From assembly GCF_000143415.4 (NCBI RefSeq), contig NW_003314270.1:62001-126000 (forward strand): a DNA stretch of 64,000 nt. The letters are read 5' to 3'. The notes under the pieces are model-generated. The model made no database searches, was not told where the DNA came from, and saw nothing but the letters and a program-made list of their open reading frames with translations. Positions within the stretch are counted from its first letter, which is position 1; each line of letters opens with the position of its first letter. This DNA is from Selaginella moellendorffii (Eukaryota; Plantae; Lycopodiophyta). Shown one piece after another: positions 29,950 to 41,826 of this stretch. The translations under genes were made by a program, and so were the position numbers.

Positions 29950-31539
29950 TCACAGTGTGATTGAAATGAAGTGGTCAGAAATATCACAACCAGGACCAAG
30001 TTGCGGATTCATGCCTTCTCTGGCCATCATGTTGCGGTTTTGAAGGACTTTATGGACAAATTTTCCGGGTTGCGCGTCTTCACAGCAGAAGACATCATGA
30101 AACGTAGTCGAGCTCTTCCTGCCAAAGTCGTCATCCTGCTTGAGACAGTCGAGGATCCATGCAGCTACCTTCTGTGCTAGAGAGCTCCCCAAAATGGACA
30201 GTTCCAAGAGTGCCGATACTGCTCCGCAACGGGAAATTGCCTGTCTCAACGCACGGCTCCGGTACGCCATGGTCATGAGGACAGATACGGCCTTCTCTTG
30301 ACACTGTGGAGCGTCAGCCCAGCCGAGAACGTCCACCAGTATGAGGACAGCGTCTTGCTTGTCGACAATAGCTCGCCGGCCAACTTCCGTTGCTGCTAGA
30401 TTTCCCAGAAGATCTACTGCCGTTTCCACAAGCTCGGGGTGGTAAATCATATCTAGCAGGGACTGGATTATATTAGCGTCGACGATCACCTTAACGTTGC
30501 CGTGGAAGATGGAGAGATTGCACAGCGCTTTCAATGCGTCCTTTTTGGCTTTCAAGCTTGCTCCCTGCTTCAAGATATTGATGAGAGCTGGGACAGCACC
30601 AGAATGTCCAATTACGGGCTTGTTCACATCCAAAGCAGACAAGCTGAGGAAGACTGCTGCCAGGCCTTCTTGGACTGTTCCTCCCGATTCCTGAGAAATT
30701 TTCACCATCTTCGGGACGGCTCCAGCAGTCACTATGGCAGCCTTGTTCCTGCAAACACCAATGGAAGGAACATATCAGCGACACCGACGATGTGGCGGAA
30801 ATTCGAAAACTATCGCAACGACCGGACGGACGAAAAACAGGAACAGGAACAGGAACGAAACTGGGAAGGTGTGTGAGACGTGGAGAACTTACACGTTAGT
30901 TCCGATGGCGAGGCTGAGAAGTGCAAGCAGGGCCGTGTGTTGGACACCTTTATCGTTGGCGAAGGCATCCAGCATGGCGATAAGTGGTGTGATTGCACCC
31001 ATCTTCACCAGCGTCATGCTTATCCTGGTGCTCGACTTTGCAAGCCGTCTCACTCTCTCCGCCGCATGCCTCCGGCTGGCCGAGTTACTGGAACCAAGCT
31101 CCTCGATGACCGGCTGCAAATCTCCCAGGACTTCGTCCGACTCGTCCGTGGACTGGGAGCTCCGGGCCTTTTCAAACTTAGGCGTGGCGAACAGATAACC
31201 GGAATTTGGATGGAGCATGTAGTGATGCTGCAATTCAGCGCTCCTCCGATGGCGAGCTTTCGCCTCCCTGTGAAACTTCTGTTCGTCCTTGCCGCTGCTG
31301 GTGCTGGTGCTGGTGCTGCTGTTGCTGCTGCTGGTGCTGTTTCGCGGCCATGCATCCGTCCTCCTGCTCCGGAGCGGCACCAAGCTGTGCTGGAAGTCCT
31401 GCTTCGGCCTGCAATATTTGAAGTTGTCCAGCATGGAAGAGAGGCTCTCGAAAACTTTCCGGGAATGCGATGGAGAGGGGCTACAACTTCCTGGCTTGGC
31501 ATTAAGTAACGCGGACGGATCGTATTCCTTTGCCGGCAT
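29950..31539 (-). CDS. ARM-repeat protein (PUB-like armadillo repeats, no U-box seen), 2 exons
   Basis: Exons 31539-30893 and 30748-29950. AAERVRRLAK..MGAITPLIAML..ALLSLAIGTN|VNKAAIVTAGAVPKMV..LSALDVNKPVIGHSGAVPALI..KKDALKALCNLS. Confidence 0.9.
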
Positions 31540-32227
31540 GCTGGGACGGATACTTCTTTGCTGGGAGCTTCAGTTGGAGGAAAGGAAATCTTCAGCCAGA
31601 TATGAAACCGCCGGAGACCAACATCATGCATTGGGTGATTGAGGAGAAGCAAATTCCCAGGCCACGCTTCATCATGGAACTCCCGAGTGCGCAAAGCCTT
31701 TGAAGAACGACACTGATATGGAAGAGTAATTTTTGTAGAAGACAAGGGAGCGCTTGTCTCGGCTCCTCAGCTGGAAAACAGAGACAGGGAAAGCAAGGCA
31801 AAGCGAACGCTGCTGGATGGCATGATAGCAATCACACAGACGACACGAGTCAGGCCGAAACTGCGGAAGAAACGCAAAGAATCGATTTTCCGGAGGCGAG
31901 ACGACTTGGGACTTGCGGAGGAGGAGGAATTATAAGACGCATGCAAAGAGCGTGCTGCGGAAGAAAAACCTCGCTAAAACCTACACATATATCAAGCGCT
32001 GCTGCCGAAGGGCTCGCTCCAAAGGCGGACGAGGAGGAAGGACTCTTGGGAGGGGGAGAAGAAAGCAGAGAAAGCGAAAGCGGACCACCTAACAGCGGAC
32101 TTGCCAACAAAAAATGCGCTCTCTTTACCGCGCAATACAGAGCATCTGCTGCAGGAGTAAGAGAATGGAAAAGAGGGCTTTTCGCGGGGTAAGGAACGGA
32201 CTGGAGTTGACAGTAAGTGCTTTTCTT

Positions 32228-32397
32228 TGTTAAACTTTGCTTTTCTCACTTTGAAGCTTTAGTTTTTTCCACAGGTCGTCTAACTCCGTGCTTATGCTTC
32301 TGTGCAGAATGTTAAACTTTGCTTTTCTCACTTGGAAGCTTTTTTTTTTCTTTTTCTACAGTTCGTTCGTCCAACTCCGTGCTTAAGCTTCTGTGCA
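32228..32397. repeat. Tandem duplication of about 80-85 bp containing a 3' splice acceptor
   Basis: tgttaaactttgcttttctcactt..aagcttt..acag..cgtc(t/c)aactccgtgctta(t/a)gcttctgtgcag occurs twice. Confidence 0.85.
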
Positions 32398-35300
32398 GGC
32401 AGCCCAGCCGGCAGCAGCCAGTGTATAGCATCCAGGGGAGCACAGCCACAGGCAAGAGGAAAGGTGTCAAGTAAAGCAAGCGTGCTCCTGGTGGTGTGAT
32501 GGATAGCACGAGTTATATACTCTGGCTGCGCATGGAGAGGATTCCATCATGCCGAGGCCTCTTGCATGGATTCCCTTGTTCCTGACGGACGGCTGCTCTC
32601 AAGGTAAGAACTAAGAAGAGACCCTCTCTCTTTCGCGTCTATCTTACTTATTCCCTGTTCATGTTGTCTTCTTACACTCTTTTTTCTTTTGCCTTTCTCT
32701 CTCTTTCAGTCGGAGGGTAGTGGGAACGGAACTCGTAAAGGTTTACGACTGCTACTTGCTGGTACTTTTTCGAATTTTTCTAGTCGGCATTGTTTCGGTG
32801 CTTTGTGTTTCTTGCATATATTTCTCGTGGTTTTTTATTTTCCTTTGCTGTTGTTGTTTTCTCTTCCTCTGTAGTGAGCTATGTAGCTGTTTCATCTTTA
32901 TGTTTCGCTGAGTTATGTCTGTCGGTTTGGTGGTCCATGGTCGTCTGAGGCTCTACGAACCCGACTATTAAGTAGAGTCCTCGTTCCTGCGGTTCTTACG
33001 TCTTCTTTCGGATCCTGGCTTGAAAGTTTCTGAGGCTACGTTTGCACCACCTCTCTGAGTTATCGAGCACTTCTTTTGAGCTGTTCTCTCTGGTTGGCAT
33101 TTTGCATTTGTTTGTGATTTTAAAAACTCCCTCGTCTCTCGCAGATTTTGTTTTATTTACATGGTGGCTGCTTCCAGTCCTTTGACTGGCTAGCTAACTA
33201 AAACACCGAATCTTTGTGATCTCCCTCCGGCGCACCAAACGGCATTTGTGGACGTATCACAGGTACGGCGAGACGATGATGATTCGCCTTGTTGCTTTCT
33301 CGCTTTTTTCAAAAGCCTGATCCAAGGAAGGGGCGGTGAGTGGTGTGAGGTGAATTTTTCTTCCCCCGCCCCCCTTCTTTCAACCAGGGGTATCAGGCTG
33401 TATTTGGAGCAACAAGCAAGGTGAATCTCATTGATTTCTCAGGTTTTCTATTACTTTTCAAACTTTGGGAGCAACAAACAGGGGCCTCTGCTTCCATAAT
33501 GCGGAGTGAAGAAAATGGCACATCAGCTCTTTCCTGCGCTTTGGGAGGCAAACGGAGCTCGCTCGAAAAGCCCGTCCGGGTGTAAGCGGGTGATGGAATG
33601 AGGTAACAAAAGGAGCCTTTTCTCTTTTCAAGGCTTTTAGAATCTTGACATTGCAAACACGTCGGTTTTAGCAGCTCGGAGTTGTTTTATCCCCTAGAGC
33701 TCTGGGGAAAGAACAAGAACATCTCGGGGCCTGGTAATTAAGTTAAATTCTCCTCGTTGGTGATCTCTCTTGTTGGTGATTGCAGTGAAGGCTAAATGAT
33801 AGCAATTATGCGAAAAGAGAAAACTCCTCGCACTCCAACACCAGGTAAAATCTCACTCTAGGGATCGTTGATTCAAGCTCAAGTTTGGTGGTTCCCTCTT
33901 TTCTCGGTTTGTAGGTGTGTTAGAGAGCAGCATCAAAGGCCACCACTTGAGTGTGTTTCCTCCGAATGGAACCAGAGAGGCCAAGAAGCTCCATAAAATC
34001 ATCGTCCACCACCATCACCACCACCACCACCAGTGGCAAAGAAGAAGAATAGAATCGCCCAAGAGACGATTAAAATACGAATATAATGGATGTCATCCTT
34101 GAGTTCGTCACCTTCACGTGTCAGCCCTCTTGGCTTTCATGTGTGAGCCACACGGGGAATAACCACCACTGGATCTCCAGTCGTGGCTTTTGGAGACCGC
34201 CATTGCAGATATGCATGAGAAAACCAACAAAATCCCCAGAGAGAATTAATTGATTCTATGTCATCCTTCTACACCTCTTTTTCTTTACAGTTTTCTCTTT
34301 TCATCTTTGTGCATGTAGCTCTGTAAGAAATTGGGTTAAGCTTCTACGTCAACCTCTCTATAAGTCGATGATATGCGCGTCGGAAATGATAAAGAACTTC
34401 TTGCAACTTTTTTCTTTCTTTGCGGGGAGACTTTGTCCAGTATGGATTAGACTGGATTGGAGTGAAACGATGGATATGTGAATGGATCGAGCTATGCTAG
34501 CTTCGGGGGATGTGAATCACAGCTTGGCCGCGAAGACTATGGAGATTTCGGGGCTTTTGTTTAAGTCTTGGGGTGTAGAAGTTTAGATTATCTCGGTGCG
34601 GGAAATCAAACCTCATCATGCACTGGGAAAAAGAAGTTGGTTAGATCATTCCAAAACCGAGACCATTGTTTCTTTTCAGGAAAACAAGCTAGAGGATTAA
34701 TATTATACATGGATGGATCATCTACCTTCCACCATGGATTATTGTAAACTAACAAAGCATCACGCACGAGTGCAAAGTGGCTGTCTACATTTCAAATTCA
34801 AATTCTAATAGTAATATTATTACTAAAATACTAATACTAAAGGCACATTTTGCTTATGGTTTTTGTTTGTTTGGAAAGCTTCTAAGCACTCATTTGTAAA
34901 CAAACAATCACTTGGGCTCCAAGCTTTTAGATTAACAATTCAAGCTTTTGGTTAAGAATTCAAAAGCCTAGCACCTTTCCAGTGAAGATGACTTGTACCA
35001 TAGCGATAGAAAATTTCTCCTCTACCGAAAGAGAACATATTGGAGCTATGCCTCACCAAGATTTTATAAACTCTCCTAGAAACTAGAGTTAGATCTTACT
35101 TTTCTTCCCTTTGTCAACTAAGAAACTTGGCTTTGGCTTTCCAGTGGAAGACATGTCACACAAGCACCTCTCACTCAAATAAAAGTCCACAAAAAATATA
35201 AGAGAGAGATAGAGATAGAAGAGAACCTGTGCATTGCTTTAAGTGCTGGCATACTTAGCAATGGATGATAGCTTTAGTAGCCACTAGAAGCATCTCCCCA

Positions 35301-35498
35301 AAGAGCTCTCCAAACAGTAAGATAGCTGGAAGAAAAACCCGTGAATTCTCAAGAGAGAAAAGCTATACCTCGAAGAACAGGGCATGATCTTGACAAGCCC
35401 CGTCCTCTTTGACAAGCCCCGGTCCTTTTGATCACGTCATTGCTCTTTCTACTTTCTCGTCTTGGCGGCTTCTCGAGAGAGATGACTTGTCACGATCC

Positions 35499-35598
35499 NN
35501 NNNNNNNNNNNNNNNNNNNNNNNNNNNNNNNNNNNNNNNNNNNNNNNNNNNNNNNNNNNNNNNNNNNNNNNNNNNNNNNNNNNNNNNNNNNNNNNNNN
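35499..35598. other. Assembly gap (100 N)
   Basis: Run of exactly 100 N. Confidence 1.
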
Positions 35599-35786
35599 AG
35601 GGAGTAGCGAGTGGAGATCATTGAAACAAGCCACCTGTGTTGTGTGTGATTTTTAAGGATGCCTGCATGGCACACCAAAGACAAGTTGTGAGGTACTTGA
35701 CAAAGAACTTTTTACCTGGAACCCACGGATCTTTGCATCTCCCTCCTTTTGTTTTGTTTTTTCGACGTTGCTCCCTCCTTTCGTTA

Positions 35787-38034
35787 TCACCAGAGCTCCA
35801 TCGGCTCGCCCTCCAGCTCCGCCTTTGGTGTCTCCAGAGCCTTCGGTTTAGGCCCAGCTTTCATCTTTTCCCTGGCCCATCTGTCCTCTCGCCGGTTGAA
35901 GCCCGTCTCTGCATTCGACGGCCTCTTCTTTGGCTTCTCCTCGGTCTGGTGGACGATCGTGAAACCAGGAGTCTCGAAAATCCGTGCGTAGTCGTACACC
36001 AGAGCCTCTCGCGTGGAGACCGCCACCCCCTCGTATGTCCACACCTCGATGACTGCCTCGCCTTTAAGTCCCAGGCCCACCCAGCCCAGTCCTGCGACCG
36101 CGATATCTACCGTGCTCGCTTCCCAGTCGTCGCCATGGACTCGAAACTTTTGAGATACGAATTGTCCCTGCTCGATCCAGCTTTTCAGGCTCGAAGGAGG
36201 CTAGCGATGGACAAAACCGGGAATTAGACAACAGGAAGTGGACAAAACCAGCAAACCTTGAGCTCCACGCCGATATGCTTCTTGAAAACATCGAGCGCAC
36301 GCTCGGTCTTTCCCATGTGCAACGAGATGAAAGGTGACGCCCACACTGTCATGTATATCGTGCGGGCAGGAGCTTCTAAGAGATCCAGTCTCAGGTATCC
36401 TCCCACTTGGATGCTGTGGCCAACCTACATTGATACTACAGCTTTAGAACGTAGGAGACCTCAGCGGAAAACGTTACCTTTATGCGGAAGGTTCTGGGCT
36501 TGAGCTCCTTTCGCATCTGGACGCTCTTGAAGTCCTCCTCGTTGAGACGCATCGTGAGCTGGTGCGAGTGGAAAATGCCGGGCGTGTCGTAGAGCTTGAT
36601 GTTCTGCGGGAGGATCCCTGTTATCTTGAGGATTCCGATCGTAGTCCCTGGATGTGCCGCCTCAGTGAGGCGGCTCTCGTGCTTCCCAACGTTGAAACGT
36701 GCCAGAGCATTGATGAGCGAAGATTTCCCAGCGTTCTGAGCTCCGACAACCCATACGTCGCCTCGAGGCCCAGCAACTTTTGTGATCCTCTCGGTCAGTG
36801 CCTGTACACCCCAGTTCTTTGTCGCGCTCACAAGATGGACTGCAGTCGGCCGAGGAGCTCCGCCAATGATCACCCTCTTCCTTATCCACTGTTCCAGCCG
36901 CATCGGTGAGAGCTGCGGGGGTAGCAAGTCGACTTTCGTTGCAGCGACTATCAGTCGAGGCGAGTTACCGGTAAATCCAGTTCTGTAAGTAGCAGCCATC
37001 TGTGCCTCAACCTCAGAGATCAACTTGGCAACTTGTCGAGGAAAAGAGCCGTCGAAGTCTGATGAATCGACGACCATGAGAACGACGGCTCGTTTACCAT
37101 AAGCTGTTTTCAAGCGCTGGCCGACCATCTTGTCAAAGTCGAACGTCGGGAGTAGCGTCTCGGCTGTTTTCTCTTTCACGCGCCCATAGTACTTTAGCGA
37201 GTGGCACCGCGCGCACACCACAAGCCGTTCCTCAGACGGCTTCTCGCGCTTGAACGACTTCAACATATCTCTCCGTTTCTTCCTTTCATCCGCCTCCTCA
37301 GCCCCGTCGATGATATCCTCCCATGTCTCCTCCAGACTCTTCACGTCATTCTTGTGGTAGTCGCTCGGGGGAGTGAACTCCCGGTACTCCTTCTCTGTCA
37401 TCTCTCCTTTGACGAACTCGAAGTAAGAGTAGCTAGAGTCAGCTTCTTTCTTCTTTTCCGGCGGCCCTGGCACTGGCTCTCCGCAAGTCGCTTCTAGCCT
37501 CGCCATCTCTTCCGGAGTAATAACATCTCGGTCAATCTGGACGTCGAGCTTGATAGGAACTCTAAAGTATCCCGGCTGCAAGGGATCCGTGTCTTGCATG
37601 TAGACACCACATCCCGGACAAATCAACGCTGCATCACCATCTTCCGCGTCGGCACGAGCTCTAGGCGGGACTGGATACGCCGGAATGTAAGCAGCTATTG
37701 CCTCCTGACGAGCCTGCCTCACAATCGCGTACTTGTCACTGGCCGGATCCTTCTTCAGTCCTATGCGTCTCTGGCTGCGAGATAGAAACGTGTTCCCAAG
37801 CCCCGGACGAAGTGTTTGAGAAGCCGGAGGCTCCACCACCGTGAGAGCGTCGACCACCGTGAGCGCATTCACCACTGTCAGTGCGTTGGAGCAGAACGCT
37901 CGTCTCGCCACCCGGAATTCTCCCAGCCTAGGACGTCGAAGTTTCATCCCCTGACACTGCCCAGGAAAACTCTGGCACTGAGCACGCCTGACGAGATCGC
38001 CCATGACGCAAAACGACGCTACCCTGTTGTGCAT
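35787..38034 (-). CDS. BPG2: YqeH-type circularly permuted GTPase, plastid (BPG2-like), 3 exons
   Basis: Zn finger CPGC...CARC, G4 TKVD, G1 GAQNAGKS, G2 GTT, G3 DTPG. C-terminal VGHSIQVGGYLRLD..TVWAS..DIAVAGLGW. Intron 1 is 36477-36425. Confidence 0.92.
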
Positions 38035-38119
38035 CTCTGCCTAGTTCCTCTCTACACCACCTTGTTCTTCCTCCACTTCTTCTTATTCTTCTTCCTTGGT
38101 CTTCCTCTTTTCCTTCTCT

Positions 38120-38573
38120 TTAGTCGTAAGTTCCACTCTTGGGGTCGGGTCCAACGTCGCGAGAGCCACTGTTCACATAAGGTCCTCTCATTATAGCACT
38201 TCTAGAGAGCGGCTTGTTTGCATCAATGATTGGCGCAGTCTTCCATTTGCTGCAAGCATCAAGAAGCATGAATCACAGAACGTATCACGAGAACAACACA
38301 CACTACAAGAGAAAAAGCAAAGAAACGAGAAAAAAAAGAGAGAAAAAACTCCAGACACAACAATCACCGAGGATAGCATCTAGACCTCGAAATATCATCC
38401 CTCGGATGAATCGGAGGCCAAGAACGCAAGAATCCACAGGAAATCATCCAATGCAAGCGCTATGAATGCGTTTCCAGCCAGTACCTGATGAAGAATGGAA
38501 GAGCTCCCATCGCCAGCGCGAAGGCGGCGAACCCTAGCCCCACCGCCGCATTGGCGCTCCTCGACCTCGCCAT
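38120..38573 (-). CDS. Conserved 72-aa single-TM microprotein (RGPYxNxGSRDxGPD family), 2 exons; absent from the supplied ORF track
   Basis: Exon 1 (38573-38485) and exon 2 (38249-38120), joined by a GTAC..TGCAG intron, give MARSRSANAAVGLGFAAFALAMGALPFFISKWKTAPIIDANKPLSRSAIMRGPYVNSGSRDVGPDPKSGTYD*. This matches a small uncharacterised plant protein as I recall it (...AFPFY...IDxxKPL...RGPYINTGSRDIGPD). Confidence 0.88.
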
Positions 38574-38659
38574 CGCGAAAATGCTCTAGGGTTTATGACA
38601 AGACTTACTATAATCCCCTGTTTTTCTAGGGCTCGCGCGATCGATCGAATGTGAGGTGG

Positions 38660-41605
38660 ATGCGATCGCGGCTCAACGATCTCGCCGCGCGCATTCGCCA
38701 CTGCCGCGTCTTGGAGGAGGGCCAGGCATTGCACCGCGAGATTCTCGCTTCTAGCGGCGCCATCGATTCCACTTACTTGGCAAATCTCCTGATAGCGATG
38801 TATGCCAAGCTCTCTAGCATCGGCGACGCCAAGCGCGTCTTCGATGGGATCCAAGAGAAGAACGTCTTCTCATTTACGATGATCGTCACAGGCTTTGCCC
38901 AAAACGGGCATTACAGTGAGGCGATAGAGCACTACTGGAGAATGCTACACGACGGTGGCGCTCTCCCGGACGCTTTCATCGTGAGCTCCGTGCTAAGCTC
39001 GTGTTCTTCGCTGGGGTCTCTCGTGGAAGGAAGAAGGATCTACGAGGCTATAGCGGAGGATTCGCGGCTTTCACAGGATACCGTGGTGAGGAACTCTTTG
39101 GTGACGCTGTATGGAAAGTGTGGGAGCTTGGAGGAGGCAGCGAAGATCTTTCACAGCACTCCAACGCCGGATGTTGTGACTTGGAACGCGATTCTTTCGG
39201 CTTGCTCGCAGCAAAAGAATGGTCGCGAGGCACTAAAGTTTGTTCGAGCGATGCAGCAGCGAGGAGTGAGGCCTCAAGCCGCGACTCTTACGTGCGTTTT
39301 GGATGCTTGCTCCAGCCAAGGTGAGTGCCAAGAAGGTGAGAGAGTTTACGAGAGTGCTGTAGCTTCTGGTTTTGTAGAGTGTGATCTTCTGCTTGGAAAC
39401 TCGCTTATAACGCTGTATGGGAAATGCAGGAGGCTGGAGGATGCGAGGAGGATTTTGGATTGGATGCCTTTCAAGGACGTTGTCTCGTGGACGATCATGG
39501 CTGCTGCGTATGCTCAAAATGGCCGGTTTTTGGAGGGTCTCAAGCTGCTAGAGGTGATGGACTTTGAAGGTTTTGAGCCGGATGCTGTGACTTTTGTGAG
39601 CGTTTTGGATTGCTGTGCGAATTTACAGGACTTAGTCCGTGGGAGGCTTATACACCAGCGTATCGAAGCTTGTGGTTTGGAGCTCAGCGTGACCGACTGC
39701 CTTGTCAACATGTATGGGAAGTGTGGAAGTTTGGAGGAAGGAAAGATGGTTTTTGATAGAACAGCCGGGAAGAATGCGACAGTAGGTTTGTGGAACAGCA
39801 TCGTAGGATCGTATGCCCGGCTCGGGCATGGTCATCAGGCACTGCAGCTGTTTAGAGAAATGGACTTGGAGGGAATGAAGCCGGATAAGTTGAGCTTCTA
39901 CGCGGCTTTTGAGGCGTGTGTATCCATCCGAGGCTTGAAAGAAGCAAGAGCACTCGACAGGAGCAGCGGAATCGAGGGTGATATTGGTTTTGAATCCGCA
40001 GTTATCAATCTCTATAGCAGAGTTGGAAGCTATGAGGATGCGATGGCGAAGTTTGAGAATATGTCTCAAAGGGACGTGGTTTCGTGGAACGGGATTATAG
40101 CAGCTTTCAATCAACAGTTTCGTCCTGCAAATTCGATAGTTATGTTTCGAAAGATGGAGCTGGAAGGACTTAGAGGCGACAGATCAACTTTCACGAGTGT
40201 TATCGAGGCCTGTGCGTGTTTACCGGATCTAACTCTCGGTCAGCTGCTTCATTACAGAATGATCACTCTGGGATGCGAGCTAGACACTGTTCTCGGCACC
40301 AATCTCATCAACATGTATTCCAGGTGTGAAGTTCCTGACAAGGCAATCGAAGTTTTCGACGCCATGCACGACAAGTCAGTGGTTGTCTGGACCGCGATGA
40401 TCGCAGCTCATTCTCAGCAGGGACAGGGACTGGAAGCTCTTGAGCTCTTCAAAAGAATGGACATAGAAGGAGTGAGAGCTGACAAGGTAGCGTTTTCACT
40501 CGTTCTCGACGTTTGTGCTAACTTGGCCGCGCTAGCTCAAGCCAGGATTCTTCATGCCACTGTTGCCGGGACGGAGCTCGAGCAGGACATGGTTGTGAAG
40601 AACACGCTAGTAAACATGTATGGGAAGTGTGGGAAGCTGAACGAAGCAAGGCAGGTCTTTGAGAAGATGGCTTCCAAGGACATGGTTTCGTGGACTTCGA
40701 TCATAGCAGCGTATGCTCAACAGGGAAGTGCCAGTGCTGCTTTCGAGCTCTTCCACGCGATGCAGCAGGCCGGAGAGGCCATCGACACCGTGATCTTCGT
40801 CAAAGTTATGAGCGGATGCAACCATGCCGGGCTGCTCAAGGATGCTCGCAACTGGTTCGTCTCAATGCTCCAAGACTATGGCCTCTCTCCAGTGAACGAG
40901 AACTACGCTTGCATTCTCGACTTGCTGGGGAGGCTGGGACAGCTCCAGGACGTGGAGGACTTGCTAGAAAACATGACGCTGGAGCCGGACTTTATCGCTT
41001 GGATGAGTTTTCTCAACGCTTGCAAAGTCCACAAGGATATGAAACGGGGTGTCCGAGCAGCTCAGCGGCTTGTCCAGCTAAACCGGAGGAACTCCGCTTC
41101 GTACGTGCTACTTTCGGACATCCACGCAGTGTGTGGGAAGTTTGATGCCGCCGCGAAGCTGAGGAGACGGATTGGTCGTGACTGCGGGAAGAAAGTCCCC
41201 GGTTTGAGCTGGATCGAGATCAAGGACAAGGTCCATAAGTTTGCTTCCGGAAGCAGGACTCATCCTCGAAACGACGAGATCTTCGCAGAGCTGCAGAGAC
41301 TCGGGGTGCTGATGAGAGAGGCCGGCTATGTTCCAGACACGGAGGTGGTGTTGATGGACGTGGAAGAGGAGGAGAAAGAGCAAGTTCTTTGCTATCATAG
41401 CGAGAAGCAAGCTATGGCTTTTGGCTTGATATCGACACCGAGTGGAACTCCTCTCCGGGTGGTGAAAAATCTCCGGGTTTGCACCGATTGTCACACGGCT
41501 ACCAAGTTCATCTCCAAGATCACAGGGAGGCAAATCACAGTGAGAGACGCCAACCGGTTTCACGAGTTCAAAGACGGGTTTTGCTCATGCAAGGACTACT
41601 GGTAG
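38660..41605 (+). CDS. PLS-class PPR protein with complete E/E+/DYW deaminase domain (organellar RNA-editing factor), intronless
   Basis: Many P/L/S repeats, PG box KKVPGLSWIEI, HSEKQAMAFG, CTDCH and terminal CSCKDYW*. Confidence 0.96.
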   Translation: MRSRLNDLAARIRHCRVLEEGQALHREILASSGAIDSTYLANLLIAMYAKLSSIGDAKRVFDGIQEKNVFSFTMIVTGFAQNGHYSEAIEHYWRMLHDGGALPDAFIVSSVLSSCSSLGSLVEGRRIYEAIAEDSRLSQDTVVRNSLVTLYGKCGSLEEAAKIFHSTPTPDVVTWNAILSACSQQKNGREALKFVRAMQQRGVRPQAATLTCVLDACSSQGECQEGERVYESAVASGFVECDLLLGNSLITLYGKCRRLEDARRILDWMPFKDVVSWTIMAAAYAQNGRFLEGLKLLEVMDFEGFEPDAVTFVSVLDCCANLQDLVRGRLIHQRIEACGLELSVTDCLVNMYGKCGSLEEGKMVFDRTAGKNATVGLWNSIVGSYARLGHGHQALQLFREMDLEGMKPDKLSFYAAFEACVSIRGLKEARALDRSSGIEGDIGFESAVINLYSRVGSYEDAMAKFENMSQRDVVSWNGIIAAFNQQFRPANSIVMFRKMELEGLRGDRSTFTSVIEACACLPDLTLGQLLHYRMITLGCELDTVLGTNLINMYSRCEVPDKAIEVFDAMHDKSVVVWTAMIAAHSQQGQGLEALELFKRMDIEGVRADKVAFSLVLDVCANLAALAQARILHATVAGTELEQDMVVKNTLVNMYGKCGKLNEARQVFEKMASKDMVSWTSIIAAYAQQGSASAAFELFHAMQQAGEAIDTVIFVKVMSGCNHAGLLKDARNWFVSMLQDYGLSPVNENYACILDLLGRLGQLQDVEDLLENMTLEPDFIAWMSFLNACKVHKDMKRGVRAAQRLVQLNRRNSASYVLLSDIHAVCGKFDAAAKLRRRIGRDCGKKVPGLSWIEIKDKVHKFASGSRTHPRNDEIFAELQRLGVLMREAGYVPDTEVVLMDVEEEEKEQVLCYHSEKQAMAFGLISTPSGTPLRVVKNLRVCTDCHTATKFISKITGRQITVRDANRFHEFKDGFCSCKDYW

Positions 41606-41826
41606 TGAAAGAGCTCCTCGAGGTAATTGCACTTCTTTTAAGTTTTTTCCATTTTGATTCACTTGGTTTTGGCCATTTGGCAGAAGCTACTTATGCCACT
41701 TACAAGGACACTTGTCGTGCTTGGAGCTCGAGCGCGAAAGCTTGGAGTTTAGAGGTGAAGTGGTGTGAGCTCTCTCGATTGAATCTAAAAGTTCTCAAGG
41801 TTTGTTTCTCCAGGTTTTGATTGTCC

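Noticed and set aside
33274-33320. Possible box C/D snoRNA (ATGATGA...CTGA) in an intron
   Set aside because: It is only about 45 nt, with no terminal stem or recognisable guide.
33680-33702. Weak resemblance to a miR390/TAS3 target site
   Set aside because: It needs a bulge and several mismatches, and no tasiARF core or second site was found.
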